Source of the DNA: Amoebophrya sp. A120 | Taxonomy: Eukaryota > Protista > Dinoflagellata | Direction of reading: 5' to 3' | DNA: 64,000 nucleotides | Assembly (NCBI GenBank): GCA_905178155.1 | Contig: CAJINV010000015.1 | Span: 186,001 to 250,000, forward strand | Part shown: piece after piece, positions 63,001 to 64,000 of the stretch | Numbering within the stretch: the first letter of the stretch is position 1 | How the letters are laid out: each line of letters starts with the position of its first letter | Program-made: the position numbers and the translations under genes | Notes under the pieces: generated by a model | Told to the model about the DNA's origin: nothing | Seen by the model: only the letters and a program-made list of their open reading frames with translations | Databases searched by the model: none

Positions 63001-63753
63001 CGAATTTGCTCCTGAAGCATTCTCTTCGACTTCCTATCGTAAGAAAAAACTGTTTCACTGTAAGGATTTTGCAAGTTTTGCATCACAAGTTTGCTCTGCA
63101 TGACAGCGAAAATTTGCAATGCGCGATTTCCAAGGGAAAACACCGCTAAAAAGCCACTGTCTTGCATGTTTAGCAAGACAAACATTTCTGAGATACATTT
63201 TCTGCATTACAAGCTTACAGTGAAACAGATTTTTCTTGCGATACTTCCTCCCCGTTCTCCAACAGCACGTCCGGAAAGTTTTTCGCGTCGCAATATGCAA
63301 GAAAAAAAGTGTGTAAGTGTGACTCTGTCATGCAGAACATGCAACAGAGATACACCTGTCATGCCAGACAACCATGAAGTCCTCTTTTCACTTGTGTATT
63401 CCCCTACAAACCACGCATGACAGGTTGTTTCTGTCATGTAGAGCAAATTTGTGATGCTGTCAGCCAGAGAGAGTTACACTAACACAGTTTTTTTCTCGGA
63501 TACGCAGGTTTCCAATTTCAGTTCCAACAACCCCTCCTTGCTGTTGGATAATTGGAATTGCTGCACTAAGTTCAGCGTTTCCAGAAACACCGACTGCACG
63601 ATGGGCTGCAAAACAGCAATCGTGGCGTCATGTTGCTCTTGCCCCACCCCTGCGTCCTGTGCCAATGAAGCCACGTGCTTTCTGTAGAACTTTTCGAAAT
63701 CATTGACCACGTTGGGCACGGCAGAAGGAGCTGTTGTTACTGCACCTACGGGC
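1..63753 (-). CDS. Giant multi-exon gene (partial at both ends, ~106 exons, ~10,180 codons in window) encoding a SecA-DEAD-like ATPase domain protein
   Basis: I traced each junction by hand. Deleting element + one 5-bp direct repeat (DR) gives in-frame joins, e.g. SVDES|LQELAK, IRARRE|QYRLQ, NPAPM|LLRDF, VST|NLAGRG, GGL|HVEL. Summed exon length 30,549 nt matches the end phases. The weakest joins are introns 182-490, 703-4430 and 50916-51085. Confidence 0.8.
182..490. mobile_element. Introner-like intron, singleton family J
   Basis: IR tattcttcggaaaactggatgtggcatag / ctatgccacatccagtattttctgtaggata; DR decayed (cgtcc/tgcta); element+5 nt restores frame GGLA|PSMKK. Confidence 0.7.
831..1116. 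repeat. Palindromic GGAGAATCTCC/GGAGATTCTCC cluster around a polypyrimidine tract
   Basis: e.g. ggagaatctccttggcaaggagattctcc at ~1051; motif recurs at ~4088-4118. Confidence 0.8.
1950..3650. repeat. Degenerate ~90-95 bp CpG-rich tandem satellite
   Basis: Recurring gcgcgcgcg-aaaaaattttt-gtcgg..gtgcaagatagaaactgc..ggcgcgaagca at ~2180, 2276, 2366, 2459, 2553, 2651, 2738, 2820... Confidence 0.85.
4453..4606. mobile_element. Introner family B
   Basis: TIR aaaagtatcgtactcgta-like; DR aatcc/attcc. Confidence 0.85.
4783..5042. mobile_element. Introner family A (45 copies; TIR TAT-N7-aaaatgtctgggtctggaa)
   Basis: DR gcagt; join AVQL|PNEN. Confidence 0.9.
5112..5260. mobile_element. Introner family B (13 copies; TIR TAT-N7-aaaagtatcgtactcgta)
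   Basis: DR caggg; join DESL|QELA. Confidence 0.9.
5672..6056. mobile_element. Degenerate family C-like introner
   Basis: DR tcccg; eroded IR; join NGSR|DAAAT. Confidence 0.75.
6150..6492. mobile_element. Introner family C (11 copies; TIR TAT-N7-aaaaatccccctccccatat)
   Basis: DR cggct. Confidence 0.9.
6546..6815. mobile_element. Introner family A
   Basis: DR actcc. Confidence 0.9.
7066..7347. mobile_element. Introner family D (16 copies; TIR TAT-N7-aaaaacgtccccaccccagagt)
   Basis: DR agctc/ggctc. Confidence 0.9.
7647..7909. mobile_element. Introner family A
   Basis: DR ctctc. Confidence 0.9.
7910..10579 (-). CDS. Largest exon of giant gene (coiled-coil/low-complexity)
   Basis: 904-aa ORF 7864..10578 bounded by introners; in frame on both sides. 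Confidence 0.85.
10580..10869. mobile_element. Introner family D
   Basis: DR acatc. Confidence 0.9.
11160..11425. mobile_element. Introner family A
   Basis: DR gcgcc. Confidence 0.9.
11487..11810. mobile_element. Introner family C
   Basis: DR gaaga/gacga. Confidence 0.9.
11895..12233. mobile_element. Introner family A with ~80-bp internal insert
   Basis: DR agtag. Confidence 0.9.
12603..12847. mobile_element. Introner family A
   Basis: DR aaccg/atccg. Confidence 0.85.
12899..13160. mobile_element. Introner family A (TGT left end)
   Basis: DR tgctt/ggctt. Confidence 0.85.
13736..13885. mobile_element. Introner family B
   Basis: DR aagcc/aagct. Confidence 0.9.
13886..14919 (-). CDS. Exon of giant gene
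   Basis: Core of ORF 13825..14967; in-frame joins EEEE|GVEQ and SSF|NSK. Confidence 0.8.
14920..15181. mobile_element. Introner family A
   Basis: DR tcttc. Confidence 0.9.
15230..15448. mobile_element. Introner family G (3 copies; TIR tatgacagtgcacaactccc)
   Basis: DR tgttg/tgtta. Confidence 0.9.
15681..15906. mobile_element. Introner family E (9 copies, heterogeneous; TIR TAT-N7-aaaaa(g/c)tgt)
   Basis: DR ctgtc. Confidence 0.85.
15967..16294. mobile_element. Introner family C
   Basis: DR tctgc. Confidence 0.9.
17027..17960. repeat. 96-bp tandem array (~9.7 copies), each unit a stem-loop
   Basis: Unit starts 17027, 17123, 17219 ... 17891; ccctaggtca-tga-cgcggggac-cga-gtccccgcg-c-tgacctaggg. 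Confidence 0.95.
18050..18326. repeat. GGGGTGTGTC(C/T) minisatellite followed by inverted copies
   Basis: ggggtgtgtccggggtgtgtctggggtatg... then catacccc/gacacacccc/gaacatacccc. Confidence 0.8.
18780..19041. mobile_element. Introner family A
   Basis: DR tttgc. Confidence 0.9.
19126..19407. mobile_element. Introner family D
   Basis: DR gaatc/gaatt. Confidence 0.9.
19514..19725. mobile_element. Introner family E
   Basis: DR tctgt/tttgt. Confidence 0.9.
20094..20264. mobile_element. Introner family F (2 copies; TIR tatcccacagaaaaaagctggcagggca)
   Basis: DR agcca. Confidence 0.9.
20319..20585. mobile_element. Introner family A
   Basis: DR tgctg. Confidence 0.9.
20643..20925. mobile_element. 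Introner family D
   Basis: DR ccgtc. Confidence 0.9.
20992..21242. mobile_element. Introner family A
   Basis: DR acggt. Confidence 0.9.
21354..21605. mobile_element. Introner family A
   Basis: DR ttcct. Confidence 0.9.
21640..21918. mobile_element. Introner family D
   Basis: DR aggtt. Confidence 0.9.
21964..22192. mobile_element. Introner family G
   Basis: DR ctacc. Confidence 0.9.
22225..22486. mobile_element. Introner family A
   Basis: DR gcacg. Confidence 0.9.
22563..22892. mobile_element. Introner family C
   Basis: DR agttt. Confidence 0.9.
22972..23230. mobile_element. Introner family A
   Basis: DR ctcga. Confidence 0.9.
23287..23571. mobile_element. Introner family D
   Basis: DR gtcgt. 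Confidence 0.9.
23630..23790. mobile_element. Introner family B
   Basis: DR tggtg. Confidence 0.9.
23837..24159. mobile_element. Introner family C
   Basis: DR tgctc. Confidence 0.9.
24268..24503. mobile_element. Introner family G
   Basis: DR tcatg. Confidence 0.9.
24833..25116. mobile_element. Introner family A
   Basis: DR gctgg/gttgg. Confidence 0.9.
25426..25684. mobile_element. Introner family A (GTA right end)
   Basis: DR cgtgg. Confidence 0.85.
25713..25862. mobile_element. Introner family B
   Basis: DR gactc. Confidence 0.9.
25863..27405 (-). CDS. Exon of giant gene
   Basis: Core of 550-aa ORF 25837..27489; in-frame joins. Confidence 0.85.
27406..27670. mobile_element. Introner family A
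   Basis: DR aggtg. Confidence 0.9.
27854..28012. mobile_element. Introner family B
   Basis: DR gctcg. Confidence 0.85.
28058..28319. mobile_element. Introner family A
   Basis: DR gttga. Confidence 0.9.
28459..28735. mobile_element. Introner family A
   Basis: DR agtgg/agtgc. Confidence 0.9.
28788..29049. mobile_element. Introner family A
   Basis: DR tcccg. Confidence 0.9.
29217..29478. mobile_element. Introner family A
   Basis: DR agttg. Confidence 0.9.
29533..29687. mobile_element. Introner family B
   Basis: DR tttgc. Confidence 0.9.
29868..30189. mobile_element. Introner family C
   Basis: DR ggcat. Confidence 0.9.
30242..30507. mobile_element. Introner family A
   Basis: DR ccttg/tcttg. 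Confidence 0.9.
30624..31019. mobile_element. Degenerate family A introner with foreign interior
   Basis: DR aggaa; join SGVS|SPEF. Confidence 0.8.
30692..30736. repeat. Perfect 22-bp-arm palindrome with telomere-like TTTAGG motifs
   Basis: ctaaatcctaaaccccaaactg-t-cagtttggggtttaggatttag. Confidence 0.95.
31381..31702. mobile_element. Introner family C (ACA right end)
   Basis: DR ctctg. Confidence 0.9.
32418..32673. mobile_element. Introner family A
   Basis: DR agttg. Confidence 0.9.
33020..33281. mobile_element. Introner family A
   Basis: DR gcgca. Confidence 0.9.
33368..33624. mobile_element. Introner family A
   Basis: DR acttc/actcc. Confidence 0.9.
33765..34018. mobile_element. Introner family A
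   Basis: DR gagtt. Confidence 0.9.
34089..34352. mobile_element. Introner family A (TGT left end)
   Basis: DR gcctg. Confidence 0.85.
34405..34613. mobile_element. Introner family E
   Basis: DR gatgc. Confidence 0.9.
34982..35310. mobile_element. Introner family A, diverged, with internal insert
   Basis: DR cgtgc. Confidence 0.85.
35388..35537. mobile_element. Introner family B (CAT left end)
   Basis: DR ttgtg/ttgcg. Confidence 0.85.
35538..36969 (-). CDS. Exon of giant gene
   Basis: Core of 475-aa ORF 35490..36917; in-frame joins. Confidence 0.85.
36970..37275. mobile_element. Introner family H (2 copies; TIR TAT-N7-aaaaatgcccccacccc)
   Basis: DR gaaag; close copy at 56459. Confidence 0.9.
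37321..37582. mobile_element. Introner family A
   Basis: DR cgtca; reverse-complement near-copy of 22225-22486. Confidence 0.9.
37632..37893. mobile_element. Introner family A
   Basis: DR tgctg. Confidence 0.9.
38088..38298. mobile_element. Introner family E
   Basis: DR ggtcc/gatcc. Confidence 0.85.
38443..38597. mobile_element. Introner family B
   Basis: DR attag/attcg. Confidence 0.9.
39000..39310. mobile_element. Introner family C
   Basis: DR agacg. Confidence 0.9.
39688..39966. mobile_element. Introner family D
   Basis: DR atggt. Confidence 0.9.
39967..41101 (-). CDS. Exon of giant gene
   Basis: Core of 414-aa ORF 39834..41078; in-frame joins. Confidence 0.85.
41102..41380. mobile_element. 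Introner family D
   Basis: DR gcggt. Confidence 0.9.
41648..41822. mobile_element. Introner family F
   Basis: DR tgccg. Confidence 0.9.
42485..42656. mobile_element. Introner family B
   Basis: DR tcggc/tcgtc. Confidence 0.85.
42714..42959. mobile_element. Introner family E (diverged)
   Basis: DR aaatt/aaatg. Confidence 0.8.
43052..43318. mobile_element. Introner family A
   Basis: DR ttctc. Confidence 0.9.
43387..43638. mobile_element. Introner family A
   Basis: DR gcttc. Confidence 0.9.
44020..44188. mobile_element. Introner family B
   Basis: DR cgcaa. Confidence 0.85.
44670..44877. mobile_element. Introner family E
   Basis: DR tcagc. Confidence 0.85.
44878..45975 (-). CDS. Exon of giant gene
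   Basis: Core of 375-aa ORF 44849..45976; in-frame joins. Confidence 0.85.
45976..46285. mobile_element. Introner family C
   Basis: DR tttca. Confidence 0.9.
46347..46599. mobile_element. Introner family A
   Basis: DR gcacc. Confidence 0.9.
46829..47107. mobile_element. Introner family D with A-type outer end
   Basis: DR atacc; starts tatcaaatgtaaaaacgtaccc. Confidence 0.9.
47382..47660. mobile_element. Introner family D
   Basis: DR gtacc. Confidence 0.9.
47710..47965. mobile_element. Introner family A
   Basis: DR tggtg. Confidence 0.9.
47966..49084 (-). CDS. Exon: SecA motif VI region plus Gly/Ala-rich hydrophobic segment
   Basis: HVELT..QALGRTSRQG ... VGIVGGGVLAGAVVGVLIAGLF. Confidence 0.85.
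48990..55780 (-). CDS. SecA-like SF2 helicase/ATPase domain (split across ~13 exons of the giant gene)
   Basis: Ordered SecA motifs: KLHNIQLLSL; QVATGEGKT (~55105-55131); GKKVDSMTSSPVLAKRDAE; CYLSDVTVGDPADFMFDALK; DEVDMML (~52556); DYVV..WSDGIHQILE; FFRRYKFLYGVTGT; VSTNLAGRGTD; GGLHV; QALGRTSRQG. Confidence 0.9.
49085..49237. mobile_element. Introner family B (inside GGL|HV motif)
   Basis: DR caaac. Confidence 0.9.
49302..49566. mobile_element. Introner family A (inside ST|NLAGRG motif)
   Basis: DR ttgtg. Confidence 0.9.
49567..50307 (-). CDS. Exon: SecA-like WSDGIHQ and GVTGT motifs
   Basis: ENVDYVV..HWSDGIHQILE..FFRRYKFLYGVTGTLG. Confidence 0.9.
50308..50559. mobile_element. Introner family A
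   Basis: DR gtacg. Confidence 0.9.
50915..51086 (-). other. Intron lacking a recognisable TIR; possibly canonical GT-AG
   Basis: Minus strand GTAGTACG...GGTTATAG gives in-frame PDL|IVHVL; removing 50911-51085 also keeps frame. Confidence 0.6.
51750..52017. mobile_element. Introner family A
   Basis: DR tcgcg. Confidence 0.9.
52070..52358. mobile_element. Introner family D
   Basis: DR agcaa. Confidence 0.9.
52359..52881 (-). CDS. Exon: Walker B (DEVD)
   Basis: FDNVALADEVDMMLVND. Confidence 0.9.
52882..53093. mobile_element. Introner singleton family K
   Basis: IR TAT-N7-aaaaagtt(c/t)gtcgc; DR catgt/tatgt. Confidence 0.8.
53395..53670. mobile_element. Introner family D
   Basis: DR aatgc. 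Confidence 0.9.
53927..54212. mobile_element. Introner family D
   Basis: DR tcggc. Confidence 0.9.
54351..54509. mobile_element. Introner family B
   Basis: DR tcacg. Confidence 0.9.
54615..54894. mobile_element. Introner family D
   Basis: DR atagc. Confidence 0.9.
54895..55404 (-). CDS. Exon: Walker A (TGEGKT)
   Basis: GVLLQVATGEGKT..GKKVD..LAKRDAE. Confidence 0.9.
55405..55670. mobile_element. Introner family A
   Basis: DR tcacc. Confidence 0.9.
56123..56406. mobile_element. Introner family D
   Basis: DR atttt. Confidence 0.9.
56459..56764. mobile_element. Introner family H
   Basis: DR caggc. Confidence 0.9.
57150..58339. mobile_element. Family C introner carrying a nested element
   Basis: DR acaca; family C halves 57150-57384 and 58244-58339. 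Confidence 0.9.
57385..58243. mobile_element. Nested non-autonomous TIR element (MITE-like), 859 bp
   Basis: Perfect 36-bp TIR ttagggcggaaaaatcggcaaatagcatcatttttg; 5-bp TSD cagtg; empty site ggccgcagtgcc seen in the family C copy at ~24058. Confidence 0.95.
58387..58649. mobile_element. Introner family A
   Basis: DR tgtta. Confidence 0.9.
58650..59350 (-). CDS. Exon of giant gene (low complexity)
   Basis: Core of ORF 58474..59343; in-frame joins. Confidence 0.8.
59351..59614. mobile_element. Introner family A (GAT left end, variant TIR)
   Basis: DR tccac. Confidence 0.85.
60102..60365. mobile_element. Introner family A
   Basis: DR cgggg. Confidence 0.9.
60648..60857. mobile_element. Introner family E
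   Basis: TIR aaaaaagtgttacagttacaca; DR cagga. Confidence 0.9.
60915..61176. mobile_element. Introner family A
   Basis: DR gacca. Confidence 0.9.
61177..61989 (-). CDS. Exon of giant gene
   Basis: Core of ORF 61165..62076; in-frame joins. Confidence 0.8.
61990..62281. mobile_element. Introner family D
   Basis: DR gcacc. Confidence 0.9.
62350..62611. mobile_element. Introner family A
   Basis: DR cgtgt. Confidence 0.9.
63035..63243. mobile_element. Introner family E
   Basis: DR cttcc. Confidence 0.9.
63294..63502. mobile_element. Introner family E
   Basis: DR cgcaa/cgcag. Confidence 0.9.
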
Positions 63754-64000
63754 TATGGCGATGTCAATTATCTCAACAGAAACGTTCTCAAAAGTTTTTG
63801 GATAGCTACTTGAGATGCCTACTTATGTAGCTACTTTCTATGTGCTACAGTAGCTAGCTTGAGTGCATGCATTAGATAGATCAGCGAAATTATAGGTAAG
63901 GCCATGGTCCGCCAATCTGTTGCTTCCCGGACTCTTCGAAGGTTGGTTTGACCTCACAGAGGGCACCTCTGAGGGGTACCTCTGAGGGTACCTCCAGAGG
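63754..64000. other. Probable start of another intron/insert running off the window
   Basis: The minus-strand frame closes at a TAT boundary with no start codon between it and the exon; AT-rich, then gagggtacctct repeats. Confidence 0.45.

Noticed and set aside
182-63502. Tc1/mariner MITEs with TA target duplication that pseudogenise the locus
   Set aside because: The TA is part of the element ends. The duplication is a variable 5-mer outside them, and the frame is intact after removal.

Overview
Eukaryotic DNA, most likely from the parasitic dinoflagellate Amoebophrya (A120-like). This is inferred from the element architecture, not from a database hit. By hand tracing, almost the whole window is ONE minus-strand gene that runs off both ends. 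It is cut by 105 intervening elements, mostly 150-340 bp. Almost all have the form 5-bp direct repeat | TAT-N7-A-tract-family TIR ... TIR-T-tract-N7-ATA | 5-bp direct repeat, in at least 10 sequence families, and near-identical copies occur in both orientations. Removing each element plus one 5-bp repeat copy joins about 30.5 kb of exons into a single stop-free frame of about 10,180 codons. That frame contains a full set of SecA-like (SF2 DEAD) ATPase motifs and Gly/Ala-rich hydrophobic segments. Three introns are enlarged by cargo: 3.7 kb with a CpG-rich satellite, 1.8 kb with a 96-bp hairpin array, and 1.2 kb with a nested TIR element. No transposase, rRNA, tRNA or CRISPR array was recognised. 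Most ORFs in the supplied track are exon fragments or translations of the repeats. All coordinates were counted by hand and may be off by a base.
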